The notes under the pieces are model-generated. The model did not search any database. It was not told the DNA's origin and worked only from the letters and a program-made list of their open reading frames with translations. Positions 23,965 through 36,548 of a DNA stretch of 45,122 nt are shown here, piece after piece. Source of the stretch: Octopus bimaculoides (taxonomy: Eukaryota); assembly GCF_001194135.2 (NCBI RefSeq), contig NC_068984.1, positions 50,402,471 through 50,447,592 of the forward strand, given 5' to 3'. Each line of letters begins with the position of its first letter. Positions within the stretch are counted from its first letter, which is position 1. The translations under genes were made by a program, and so were the position numbers.

Positions 23965-24844
23965 ACCAGCCCCAAACTGAAGGAAATTCTGCGTACCCAT
24001 AAAATCATTAAAAACAGTAAACAACCAAAGGCATTTAAAGAAGATCCTCACAAATGCTAAACTATTCTCAAGAATAACAGATGCAAGACTAAAATGAATG
24101 TGGTCGTCCTAACTGCGGAACATGTCCCAATCTTTTGAAAGGATCAGAATTCCATTTTAGACAAGGACAAAATTTCAAAGTTAAATCCAACTTACCTTGC
24201 GCCTCTGAAAACTTCATTTATGTAATTTGATGCTCGAGCTGCCTTACAAACTATATAGGGTCTATCAGACGAAGATGTACAGTTCACAGACAACAGATAT
24301 CTTCCCCACGATATCGCTAGATATATCTCAGTGAACACATTGAAAGATGTGCAGAACAACTGCAACCACAGTTCCTAATCTTCCCATTATATCATTTTGC
24401 TATTTTGACCTCAACATAAGTGCGACTAAACGAAGATGCCTCATTTATCGAAAAATATAAACCAGAATTAAATATAAACCCATATTGAAAACTAAAGATT
24501 TACCCCATCTATTGAAGACAATATTGACATAAACCAGAATCAAATACAATTCAATATTAAAACTAACAGATTTTCCTCCACCACTCTTATTGAAAAATAC
24601 CTTGGTTACCAATTATATCCCCTAGCAAATAAAATCTCTAACTCCAAATTGTATCCAACACTCAAACTTTTGAAAAGCGTTAGCGAAACATGTTATATTA
24701 TGGTATAAGAAAAAAATCTTATTTTGTATAATATTGTATAATGCTTTTGGTATGATGATTCTAATATATTTTTAGTCGTATAAAACAAATTGTCAGTGTG
24801 TTTTTCGTCTTTTCTCTTCCTTGNNNNNNNNNNAAATTCCAACT
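23965..24844 (+). mobile_element. Penelope-like (Neptune-type) element: Cys linker, GIY-YIG endonuclease and 3' UTR
   Basis: CGRPNCGTCP...CASENFIYVI*CSSCLTNYIG...TVHRQQI...FIEKYKPELN, followed by a 3' UTR that is the reverse complement of 22906-23218. Confidence 0.92.
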
Positions 24845-24871
24845 TTGATTCCCACGTTTTATTTACAATCT

Positions 24872-24939
24872 TATAATAATATAATATAATATAATATAAT
24901 ATAATATAATATAATATGATATAATATAATATAATATAA
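24872..24939. repeat. (ATAAT)n pentanucleotide repeat
   Basis: Direct reading. Confidence 0.95.
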
Positions 24940-25139
24940 CGAAATGATAGAATATTAGTACTTTCATGTATTAAACTATGTAATCTTCAAGTTCATGCTG
25001 TAGTGGTGACAGTTATTACAACTGTAATAGGATGGCTAAACAGTGTACCTTAAATACATTTGTATAGGCTCCAGAGTGTTAATTTTTTCAAACTGTATTC
25101 TGACCAATCAGTGTGTGGCTTTATTGATTGGCCAGGATA

Positions 25140-25292
<153 letters not shown>

Positions 25293-25364
25293 TTCACGAT
25301 TACAAATATATATAGTCTCTTTCTGATTGGAATTTCAGTGTTATTTAACCAGTTACCTATTGAA

Positions 25365-25700
25365 TGGTTGTTCCTGTATTATTGAATTTTAAGAGTCTCT
25401 TTTAAATTTTGTTTTGTACAGTTATCTTTTGTAGAATGAATTATAGAGCATTCTTTCTTCAAGAATGCAGATTTAACCATATTAAGATCCATATATATCC
25501 CGATGCCCCAATAATGATTGTATATAACTGAAATTATATTTTGGATTCTAAGTCATTAATAGTCCATATGCATTTTCTTTCTCCTGCATTTTTTTATCGC
25601 ATGCATGTCAAATACACAATTGACTTCCACAGCAGAAAGTGTTATTATATTCTGTTCCCAAACAAAAATATCAAATCGATTGTGTTGTAATTTAGTTACT
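25365..25700 (-). mobile_element. RLE-type (R4/R2-like) LINE, C-terminal fragment
   Basis: KLQHNRFDIFVWEQ...AVEVNC..D...QEKENAYG...TIIIGASGYI; same family as the fragments at 34650-35400. Confidence 0.7.
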
Positions 25701-28029
25701 GCCTTAAGACTCCACTAATATCCTTTTAATCAATGGCTTTCAGTATATTCATTTGTGTTTGGGGGGCGGATTGTTTTTCTTCCACCCGTTTGTTTTTCCT
25801 CCCCTACGAAAATAGGTCCTACAGCAAGATAATAAATAGAGGAGATTATTTCACAATCGGCAATTGTTTTTAGCATCTATATTTTCGTTCTTCATAATCT
25901 ACATTTACTCTCAGATGATGATTCCTGTATTTTGTGCAGTAGGTAAATTCTCGGAATTTCCTGCTCATTAAGTTGGTCTTCATAAACTTACTCTATACTG
26001 AGATATTGTTGTAACTTACTACCTCAATATTTATGTTTTTGTTTTACATAACCATGTCAAAACCAGGCTCAGCTTTCTGTTTTATTTTGTTGCAGTATTA
26101 AATAATTCCCTTACCTGAGGTACGATTTATGTTAGTGCGTGGTTCACACCTCTACTCAAATTCATTATTGTCATTTATGGTGATGCTAATTTCGTGCTCA
26201 CAAACTAAAGTGAAAGAGAGATGCTACTTCAGAGTTGCAATCTAAGTCAAGTATGATGTTCATCCAGTTTTAAGGCTATGGCATCCAGTCTGGGAAATAT
26301 AATCAGTGTAAATCCCCATTGACTTTTTAAATTCTCGTAAGTATTGAGTAGTTTGTGAGTTCTTATAGTTATAAACTCCAGTTCTTGTATTTAGTAGTTC
26401 AGAAGGCCAAATATGCTTATTACAATAGGTTTAGAGTTCTAATGGTCGCATCTTTACTCTTTTTAGGTATACATTATTAATTAGGTATACCTAATAATGG
26501 GTGCGTCATTCCTCACATTGCCATTCGTCCAAGATATTTGGAGTTCTTACCTACACCAGTGTTGTTAGGTCATTTTCAGACACACACACACACACACACA
26601 CAGAAGCAGATACACATAAACATGCACACACACTCACAATTCAGAGATACACAAGTTTTTCCTCATCTATCACCCAAAATACACATTTGGATTCATCAAA
26701 TTTCATCTCAATGTTCGTGGAAAATTTAGTTTCGAAATCTAATTGATTTTTAATGTGGCTAAAGCTTTACCTTCGAAATTAAATTCATGGTTATACCAGT
26801 AATAATCTTAAATATCAACCAAAAATAGAATTCGTATTTTCTGCAAGTCATGTGATATCAGTAAGCTTGACATTTTTTTAATAAAAAGAAGTTTCGAGCA
26901 TGCCATTCCACAACAAAAGACAGGAAATTATAAGTGGATATATCTGATTTCCACTGTAAAATGGTTTATACTTGGCCTATACAATTTCACGTGGTCTACA
27001 CGGAAAATATGAGAGATATCTGTAGATTTATTTTTATAATTACTGTGTTGTGAGAAAGTATGATAAATGGCGTTTAACATGAGGATAAAAACGCAGCACA
27101 TACAAGCTACCGCTCTGCATGATGCCTTTTCGCTTGGTATCAGATTTAATTTATTTGTTATCACTTTTGAGAAGTAAAGTGGTATGCCAAGTGTTGAATA
27201 TGTGATGAATGACAACATTCTGGTAATTGGCTAAGTGAAATCTTTTGATAATCCAACCATGCAATATATTATCAAAGGTTTCTAAAAGCCTAACCACGCT
27301 ACAATGTAGTCCTGCCAGTTCATTGTGTATACAAGTCTGCTTGCATTTATGTTTTATGCATTTATGTATGTGCATACATGCAGGTCATTGAACCAATACT
27401 ATGTATGTCAGTAAGTGTCTATATGCACAAACAACAGCCCAAACACGAATATTTTACATATTTTCACAATTCCATTACTGATTTGTAATAGTAATCAGCA
27501 GTGTCCTAAAAGTGATGGTGAAACAGTCACAAAACAAAAAATCCCTATATATATATATGTTTGTATATGCAAACACACACGCAAGCACAAACACACACGT
27601 ACACACACAACACACTGATATGTGTATGTATTAAGGAATAAAACATCTTGTATGGTTCTTCGCCTATATACAGAAAAAATAAATATTTAAAATCTGCATC
27701 AAGAATCTGGGCAAGAATGGCAGGTTCGAGACACAAGGAATAAAGTTACGTCAACTCTGACCTGTTGATGACGTCAGTACCTTACAAATCTTGAAGTATT
27801 TAAACATTAAAAGATGTCAATCTTCGGGAACCTTTAAGCACTGAAACAGTCATTTTTTCTTATTTCTTTCGTTATGACACAGTAAGTTACTTGATAGACA
27901 GGATGCTTTATCGCGTAAACACCTCTTTTCCTTTCTTTGTTTATTTCGTTCTTCCTTTCTCGATTTTTTTCTCCCTCTTCCGCTCATTCATACGCTCGAA
28001 CACCTACAAACATGTGCACAAACATAAAC

Positions 28030-28291
28030 ACAAACGTATATATATGTGCGATGTATATATATGTGGATGGATGGATGGATGGATGGATGGATGGATGGAT
28101 GGACGGATATTTATATACATATGCACATGCGTCAGTATATGTCTACAACTTACCTTTCTCTCTCTCCATACAAATGTACACACGTTCACAAACACACACA
28201 CACACATGTATATGTATGTTCGTATATACGTATGTGTATCAGTGTGAGTGTATGTATATGTATATATATATATTGAGAGAGGGAGAGAAAG

Positions 28292-28335
<44 letters not shown>

Positions 28336-28382
28336 GCACACATACATACATACATACATACATGCATGTATACATACATACA

Positions 28383-28414
<32 letters not shown>

Positions 28415-28430
28415 CACACACACACATATC
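28030..28430. repeat. (GGAT)n, (CA)n, (GATA)n, (TACA)n cluster
   Basis: Direct reading. Confidence 0.95.
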
Positions 28431-28739
28431 TGCTCGGTAGTTTATCAATCATCTAGGTGCAATTGACATCATAACATTGTAACATAAATGGAATTACAGA
28501 TTGTGCTAATTCATTACGAGTTCTTGCTGACAATGGAGAAATAGAAGTACAAAAAATAGAACAACTGAATAAAAAGCGCAACATACCGAGAGAAAATGAG
28601 GGTGCGTGAGAGAGAGAAAGACGGAGAGAGAGACAGAGAGAAGATGAAGAGAGACCAGGGAAAATAAGAATACATGTCCTTCTAAAGACCAGTATTGTTG
28701 ATTGTAATATATTCTTTTAGACTGTCCCCTGTGGCTATA

Positions 28740-30195
28740 CCGGGGCACCACCATTAATCTTCTTTTCAATTTATATAATTTTCGCATCTTTCTTTTTGTG
28801 GTAGATTTCTGGTGAATGAGGAAGTCGGATATTGCTACTCTCATTTGTATTTCTTGCAGTTATTTAAGTTCTTTTTAGATATCAGGTAATATTATGCCAA
28901 CGTGTTTTCTTGAAAACAGCAACAGCCACTCCTAACATCTCTCTTAAGGCATTAAAGAAGATATTGAATTGCCATAAAGTTGTCATATCGCGCACTTTCT
29001 CTTAACGACGAACTGTGAATCCTTGGTTCAATGCAGCTAGTTTGGTGATTAGTGATTGGTGATTCAGAGATTCCTCTATGAGGAACAGTGCTTTTCCTAC
29101 CCGATTAAAATATTCGCAAGGGTCTCAGACAATATCCAGATCTACTCTACATTTGACCACAACTGTTCGACAAAAGTGAACATGTCAGCGATATCTGGGC
29201 ACTAAACGAGTGCTCGCAGAACAATTTTTTCCCGCTGTGAACACCTCAGAGTCTCATCCAACAGCACTTCAATGCCTGTACATTTTGCTCAAGCCTCTCT
29301 GTAGCCTTATCAGGCCAAGTAAGTATATTTGGAAATTATTGATAGCAATCCCAGGTCCGAAAATGCTTCGAAACAGACCAGACAGTTCGTCGTCTCTAGT
29401 TTCTACAACTAGCTCTGTATATAGTGCTAACATACACCTTCTGCTAACTTCATTGCCTCATTTGTTAGGATAAGATTGGTGAGTGTTCAACAACATTCTA
29501 GATGCCTGTACAACATGCAGCATCTATAGGAAACAGAAAATCTGATGATCCACTCATTGTTTTCAGATAGTAACTGGACCAAGACACGAGGATCAGGTTG
29601 TAAATGATGAAGAAGGTAAGTAGATATTCGCCCGAACTTTCGGGAGCAGCTCCTTGTTTCCTCTGTTTGGAGTTCTGAAATGAGACTGATCCATAAGGGT
29701 TTAACAGGTCCGTCAGTCCATCGAACCACGACGCTGTGTGGCGACATGAATTTGTCTCACCTGATGCTGAGCTGCAAAACCACTGGTCTGTTGGGGTTAT
29801 TTTCTCTTGACACCGTTTCCTATTTCTTTTGAATGGTGCCGACAAACTCTACCTCCGTAGTGCTAGAACCTTTACCGTGACCTAATCTGCATACATCCCA
29901 GATCGAAAGAATACCTCTCAAAACTTTTAGCTTCCAAAGTAATGACTCAAGAACCAGTCCATAAGGAAGTTGTGAGTAAGGACATCCCTGACAAAACGAA
30001 CATGCAATATCGAATAGTTTCGAGAAATAACAGTTCACTCTGAATCCTGGATAATTATTACTGTGTATTGACGCAATCAAACCTGAGAAAACATATCAGA
30101 AACCAGCCTATTCAAGATGGCTGTCAAGTAGGGACAGTCGGACCTACTGTGATCAGAGCCCCAACAAACCCAGATTTATTACGCGCTTTCTCTTT
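28740..30195 (-). mobile_element. L1/Tx1-clade LINE, RT to C-terminus, decayed
   Basis: RVNCYFSKLF...QGCPYSQLPYGLVLESLLWKL...YETVSREKIN...VVVRWTDGPVKPL...DELSGLFRSIFGPG..NNFQ. Many stops and frameshifts; the left boundary is approximate. Confidence 0.88.
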
Positions 30196-30204
30196 GATGT
30201 TTTG

Positions 30205-30257
30205 CATGATAATAATAATGATGATGACGGTGATGATGATCATGATCATGATCATGA

Positions 30258-30298
<41 letters not shown>

Positions 30299-30390
30299 AT
30301 GATGACGATGGTGATGATGAGGATGAATGATGATGAGGATGAATGATGATGATAATACTAATAATAATAGTAACAATAATAATAATAATA

Positions 30391-30450
<60 letters not shown>

Positions 30451-30725
30451 AATTTACTCATAATGATCATAGTGATGCAACTCCAACTAATTAATCTGGT
30501 TCAAGCCCTACAAGGTGAAGTTGGTGATGAAGGTAATGAAGTTGCTGATAGGCGTGATGATGATGATGATGATGATGATGACGATGACGGTGAGGAGGAG
30601 CAGCAGCAGCAGTAGGAGGAACAGCAAGAGGAGCAGTAAGAGGAGCAGCAGCAGGAGCAGCAAGAGGAGCAGGAGCAGAAAGAGCAGGAGGAGTAGGAGC
30701 AGGAAGAGCAGGAGCCGGAGGAGAA
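30205..30725. repeat. Compound trinucleotide field: (GAT), (GCT), (AAT)/(ATT), (GAG/CAG)
   Basis: Direct reading. Confidence 0.95.
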
Positions 30726-31479
30726 CGTAACGAGAGATGAACCTTGTAGCAGTTAAAAACATTTAAAAGACAAGTGTGTCTGCAATCGTATTTATAAACG
30801 TATCATAAATGGTAGAATCAATAAAATTCTTGTGCTTGCTAAAAATACTCGATGAAATAATAGATTGTATAAAATAAGGTAAGTGGGTTATATATTTTCC
30901 TTTTGGTGTACAAACAGCCATTGTCCGAACGGTGCAAGGACCATCAATTCACTTATTCTGAAGGCTACTTAGATATGAGTAAAAGAATCTATTTAGAGAG
31001 AAATTAAAAGTAAAAGAAAAAACAAAACAGGAAAGGAAATAGATGGCGTGTTTATAGAGCGATGTAAATTCTTTTATCAGTTTGTTCTTAAGGAATGCAG
31101 ATTTAGTAAGAAAATTATGGCCGATATCTATGAGTTATAGAACATTAGGCGTTCCCGAATACTCGCTTATGCTTGTCCTTGGGTGTGAGAGGCATAAGCT
31201 GTCAAAAGTAGTCGTCTTAAAGAAGTAACAGAATAGTGAGTACTGAAGAAAGTCTGTCACAGCGACGGGAAAATTTGTCTCCGTATTTGTGGCTATACTA
31301 GATACTGTTTCAGGTTGACGAGATGGTTAGTAAGCAGTGAAATTACAATTATCGACAGCACCAGTATCCAAATTTGTGTTGAGAGAAAACTGTAGTTTAG
31401 ATTGTGTAGAATCCAAACAATGATAGAATTATTTCTTGGGTTTCGCTAGTACCACGAGCAGCCTGTTGATTCTTGATTT

Positions 31480-31915
31480 ATCATTTTATCCACTGGGATC
31501 TGAGATAAATTTGTTGTTCAGATGCATTTCATAGATATCGTGTCAGCATGCGGTCGCATTCTCAGATCTTTGGAGACATCTTTTAGAATAAAGGGTCATT
31601 TCTTCGATCATTACCCCTTCTATGCACAAAATACATGGCCCACTATTACTTATGTAGTTCTCGCAAGGATCTTCCACTGGGTGTCGGATTCTGCTTCAGT
31701 GTAGCATAGAGGAGCAAGTTCGTAAAAAATTTGCCCGTTGGCCGAAATACTAGAGAGTCTTAGAGTTATGTATTTTGCTATGTTCTTGGTAGTATACCTC
31801 GGGTTGATAGGTTGTTTATCTATGAAAACAAGTGATTCTTTGAGTTTTCTATATGAGTAATCGAGTTCATTCTATTTTTCATTGGGTGTATATAAACCAT
31901 TGTCTATGATTGTCA
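31480..31915 (-). mobile_element. PLE linker/endonuclease C-terminal fragment (YRDDG-type lineage)
   Basis: YTTKNIAKY...QWKILART...GPCILCIEG...CLQRSENATAC*H resembles TNIAK...WKIL...CxLC..E...LNKRSE...CRH. Confidence 0.55.
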
Positions 31916-32119
31916 TCACAACCTAAACATTCACTACATTAACGTACGATTTTATAGTTATTCTAAACCTTATTTCCGTACAGTAATACTAGAGGTCGTT
32001 CCCGATTCTTTCTAAACTACAGAGATACTGTTAGTGACGGAAATTAATTTATCGTCCCTATAAACAAGTATTTTACATTTTCTTCATTGGGATAAAACAG
32101 TGGACATGATTAATCAGGT

Positions 32120-32920
32120 TTTTGACTTATCAATTCAGGTAATTGTTAATGCACTTACTCACGCAGAGACAGAGAATGTTCAAGTGCATATAAAATGTCA
32201 ATGGTAAAATGTCCTTTACTTCAAAGACCATTTAAATTCTCATCTGATATGAGAAAGCTGAAGTTTAGATTGTGTAGAATCCAAACAATTATCTTATCTT
32301 ATTCGTAGAATACAACACAGTAATCAGCAACGGATTTTTTTTTACCAAACTAATGGATCAGAACATAGAATAATACAAGCGTAAATTAAATCCAACAAAT
32401 ACATCGGATACCAAACTTATTAAAATTATAAAAAATACGCTTAAGATATATTGGCTGAATTAAATACCTATTAGCTATCGAATAGATGAACACATTATGA
32501 AAAACCATTTATAGCAGCACAATGCATTACTTCAATCTATAAAATAACATTAATAGTACAAGAATAAAAACAACAAAATTTAAAACCTATTTATCGGTAA
32601 TAAACTTCAAGTTCGTAATATGCTGCACAAGATATTAATGTCGTATGCGATTCATAAATTTCAGTTCAAACGTTCAAGTTGTGAACTTCCCGACCCTAAT
32701 TTCTACATTGGCCATGGCAGAATCTTTTGTCGGCTTACCATGCTCTCAGATCAAAGAACAATTGCAGCAAGCTACTCTATCCAGCACAAATCGAAACTAA
32801 ATAAGAAAACATTCCGGGACAACACATCTATACTCTAAAGATTTCTCCAAAAACATAGACGATTAAAGATGGAAGTAATATTCATAACACAGCACAAAGC
32901 TAAAATAAACACACAAATAG
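32120..32920 (+). mobile_element. Penelope-like element, thumb to GIY-YIG (third lineage), decayed
   Basis: ECSSAYKMSMVK...RPFKFSSD...YRIDEHIMKN...NFYIG...RLTML...NTSIL*...RRLKMEVIFI...KINTQ. Confidence 0.75.
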
Positions 32921-33049
32921 CAAACACTAGCCACCCAACAAACATAAACACCTAGCTGACGAGATTTAAATTTAATCTTCAAAAAAGGAAAGACGTAGAG
33001 CACAGTTATACATTTCAACCATGTTTAAAAATAAGCTGTTTCTCATCTT

Positions 33050-33183
33050 CATACATGCACACATACATATACATACAATATAAAACATACATACATTCCT
33101 ATGTATATACGTGTGTGCATGCATGTATATGTATATGCACACACAAATGTATATGTAAATATATAATGCATGTACGAGTATAT

Positions 33184-33217
<34 letters not shown>

Positions 33218-33227
33218 NNNNNNNNNN

Positions 33228-33272
<45 letters not shown>

Positions 33273-33350
33273 AAAGTATATATATATAAATATTTATACA
33301 CATAATTATATATATATATAGATATATACGAATGTATATAATAATATTTA
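33050..33350. repeat. (TACA)/(TA)n low-complexity field with gap
   Basis: Direct reading. Confidence 0.92.
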
Positions 33351-34649
33351 CTTATGTCTGTGTTGGAGAAATGCATATATTTATATGTGCTTGTGCATAT
33401 GTGTAGATAATTGTGCGTGTGTCTGCATAATAAGTGTGAATAAGTTTACGTATGTACATATGAAAAAAATGCACACAAAATCCATACGTAAGCAACCAAG
33501 TAAATTAATAGCAAATACATATTTAGAAGAATGGTAAAGATATTAGTCATATTCATTTCCATTGAGGAATTGTTTCTCTGGAAACGTAAGTTGTTTGGCA
33601 GTTGGCAATTGAAGACAGAGCAGAAAGAGAAAAAAACCGAATTGGGAAAATGAGATGTATTTCAAATTATTATCGTTCCTTCGTCGTCTTTTCGCTCTGC
33701 TTATNNNNNNNNNNNNNNNNNNNNNNNNNNNNNNNNNNNNNNNNNNNNNNNNNNNNNNNNNNNNNNNNNNNNNNNNNNNNNNNNNNNNNNNNNNNNNNNN
33801 NNNNNNNNNNNNNNNNNNNNNNNNNNNNNNNNNNNNNNNNNNNNNNNNNNNNNNNNNNNNNNNNNNNNNNNNNNNNNNNNNNNNNNNNNNNNNNNNNNNN
33901 NNNNNNNNNNNNNNNNNNNNNNNNNNNNNNNNNNNNNNNNNNNNNNNNNNNNNNNNNNNNNNNNNNNNNNNNNNNNNNNNNNNNNNNNNNNNNNNNNNNN
34001 NNNNNNNNNNNNNNNNNNNNNNNNNNNNNNNNNNNNNNNNNNNNNNNNNNNNNNNNNNNNNNNNNNNNNNNNNNNNNNNNNNNNNNNNNNNNNNNNNNNN
34101 NNNNNNNNNNNNNNNNNNNNNNNNNNNNNNNNNNNNNNNNNNNNNNNNNNNNNNNNNNNNNNNNNNNNNNNNNNNNNNNNNNNNNNNNNNNNNNNNNNNN
34201 NNNNNNNNNNNNNNNNNNNNNNNNNNNNNNNNNNNNNNNNNNNNNNNNNNNNNNNNNNNNNNNNNNNNNNNNNNNNNNNNNNNNNNNNNNNNNNNNNNNN
34301 NNNNNNNNNNNNNNNNNNNNNNNNNNNNNNNNNNNNNNNNNNNNNNNNNNNNNNNNNNNNNNNNNNNNNNNNNNNNNNNNNNNNNNNNNNNNNNNNNNNN
34401 NNNNNNNNNNNNNNNNNGAGAGAGAGAGAGAGAGAGAGAGTGAATGAATGAGTGAGTGAGTGAGTGTGTATGATTTGCGGTTGAGTTTAATTTAAATTTT
34501 CCTAGAGAGTTTAAACCGGCTGCTAACAAAACAAGAGTTTTTGAGCTAAGAGAGTTCCCGGTATTTGAAAATATGTGGTTGAGTTGGTGTACTGGTTGCA
34601 TACACTCAACTGTGAGCATCTATTCACATAAGAATCTCACATTGAGAAT

Positions 34650-35030
34650 GTTTGGAATGCCTTTCTAATCTTCACTGTGGCACTAATACATTGAATTTGG
34701 AGAATCCACGTTAGTTTCCTTTGCTGTTTTTTTCCGTGAAACCAAATAGTTCAAGATTTCTGGGCAATTTGTTTTTTGGTACCATAACCTTATGCATCTA
34801 TGATGCTAGGTACACATGAGAATTCTTAGTCAGAGTACACGAGCTGTAAGTTCCTCAATAATTTACCATAGATGCTCTCTATTTCCTGCACTTTGATTGC
34901 ACGTTCACATTCGCTTGGCAGCTGACCTCTAAAAACAGTACATGATATTTGTTCCCTGTCCCACAGAACAATACCAGGTCTGTTATGTTTGTACGGAATT
35001 AATGTCTTTATTGTGTTATTCCATCAGTAT
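34650..35030 (-). mobile_element. RLE-type LINE C-terminal fragment
   Basis: KHNRPGIVLWDRE...EVSCQANVNV...IYGKLLRNLQLVY...LELFGF. Confidence 0.85.
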
Positions 35031-35035
35031 GTATG

Positions 35036-35135
35036 TATGCGTGTAAACATAATTGGCCGGATCTTGTTGTTTGGGACAGAGGGGCAAAGCTATGTACCGC
35101 CATAGAGGTCAGCTGCCCTGCAGATATAAATGTAT
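35036..35135 (+). mobile_element. RLE-type LINE fragment (PD..E.. nuclease core)
   Basis: CKHNWPDLVVWDRGAKLCTAIEVSCPADINV. Confidence 0.85.
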
Positions 35136-35254
35136 GTGTGTCTCATCTATTTTTTGATTATTATAAATCTTCCCCTGGGGAGGGATCCGGTTTCCAACAA
35201 AGATATAAGGTACAATTTTTGGGATGTAGTCAACACAGACAATTCACATTTGGA

Positions 35255-35400
35255 ACTTATTTTTACTGTCCCACTCACAGATTGCACTTCTAATGTACGA
35301 ATCAGCCGGTCAGTTTCTCTTTCTGAAAATCCCAGTTCATCCAAGTTCTCCTTTAAGCATTTATTAACAAAACTTAGCGCTCCAATAAAGGCAATGAATT
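35255..35400 (-). mobile_element. RLE-type LINE extreme C-terminus
   Basis: IGALSFVNKCLKENLDELGFSERETDRLIRTLEVQSVSGTVKI. Confidence 0.8.
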
Positions 35401-36133
35401 CTGTCAACTCTGTAATAGTGAACTACTTTATATTTTATTTTCTAAGAATCTCCTTGTAAACTCGTTTATAGAGCGTGCTTATCGATGTAAACATTGGTAG
35501 AAACATACCATTAGTTCATATAAGTGATATCTACCATTCTATATAATTTGAATATTGATTTTCTTCTTACATTTCACTTCCACTAGATATATCTATTTCC
35601 AAGCCTTTAAGCTTTTATTTTAATTCACATATCGCTCTACATCTCCCCTTTATCAGTTTTCTGCTTATTTCTTTCCTTTAACCCTTCTCTTTCTTATAGG
35701 CTGCCTTTGACGTTATATCTTCTAACGGTTTTTTTTTAAACTTAATAGCGTTCCGTTCATCATTATACACATCCGTCACATTCTGTTGAAATATTTTATT
35801 GGTGAGTTTGGTTTCTTTCTTTCTTTCTTTCTTTCTCTGATGAAAAGATTACATTGTTTTACACCATTTTATTCCTTTAGGAATAATACCAGTGTTGTCT
35901 TCGAAGTAAAAGAATTTCAATAACACCTGCGTTTAACTCCATTTATTTATTTTTATATATTATACAAAATACTTCACATCAACCTGGAGTTTCTACCTTT
36001 ACAAACAGGGTGTTACGTTCTTATTACTTGTGTGATTTTTTGCTGCCCTGGTAATTGTTTATTTACTTTACCGTGTTAATTGTAAACAAAGGAAAAATAC
36101 ACTATCCATTTTTATATATATATAGATAGATAT

Positions 36134-36433
36134 ATTCAAATATGAATTAGAAGCGGTTCGAAGTATATAAACGAGGTGTGTGTGTTGTTAGTTTGTCGGG
36201 CAGCTACATTTTATGGGCGTCAGAGAATATAATTTCAATGCCCTTAGTGTAAAAACACCTGAAAGCAGATCATAGCCCAGTGACACAACTCACACCAGAT
36301 CCTTTTTTTTTTTTTTTTCGGAGTGATAGACATCGTTGTTTCGTCATTGTTGTGACTTGTCGATGCCGCGTACCGTGTATGTGTGTTCGACTTTGTTTAT
36401 ATAACTCGAGTTGCTTCTAATTCATATTTGAAT
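36134..36433. mobile_element. ~300-bp TIR element (MITE-like), copy 1
   Basis: Termini ATTCAAATATGAATTAGAAGC... and ...GCTTCTAATTCATATTTGAAT, with imperfect inward extension. Confidence 0.75.
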
Positions 36434-36548
36434 TTTTTTCTGTGTTTTTTTTTGTTTTTTTAATGCTGGGGCATGCCAGCAGATGGTTCTTGAACCATTT
36501 AGCATATATTCATAGCCAGTTAAATAGCTCACAGCAGACACCCGTGGT

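Noticed and set aside
27070-27310. Reading ...VKSFDNPTMQYIIKGF reminiscent of a DIRS/tyrosine-recombinase N-terminal domain
   Set aside because: A single short motif with stops; no catalytic residues are seen.
32956-32990. CTGACGA followed by a GATT/AATC stem after a PLE endonuclease
   Set aside because: The GAAA core is missing at the required position; at best a dead remnant.
33547-33585. 39-nt candidate exon ending at a GTAAGT donor
   Set aside because: The acceptor has no polypyrimidine tract.
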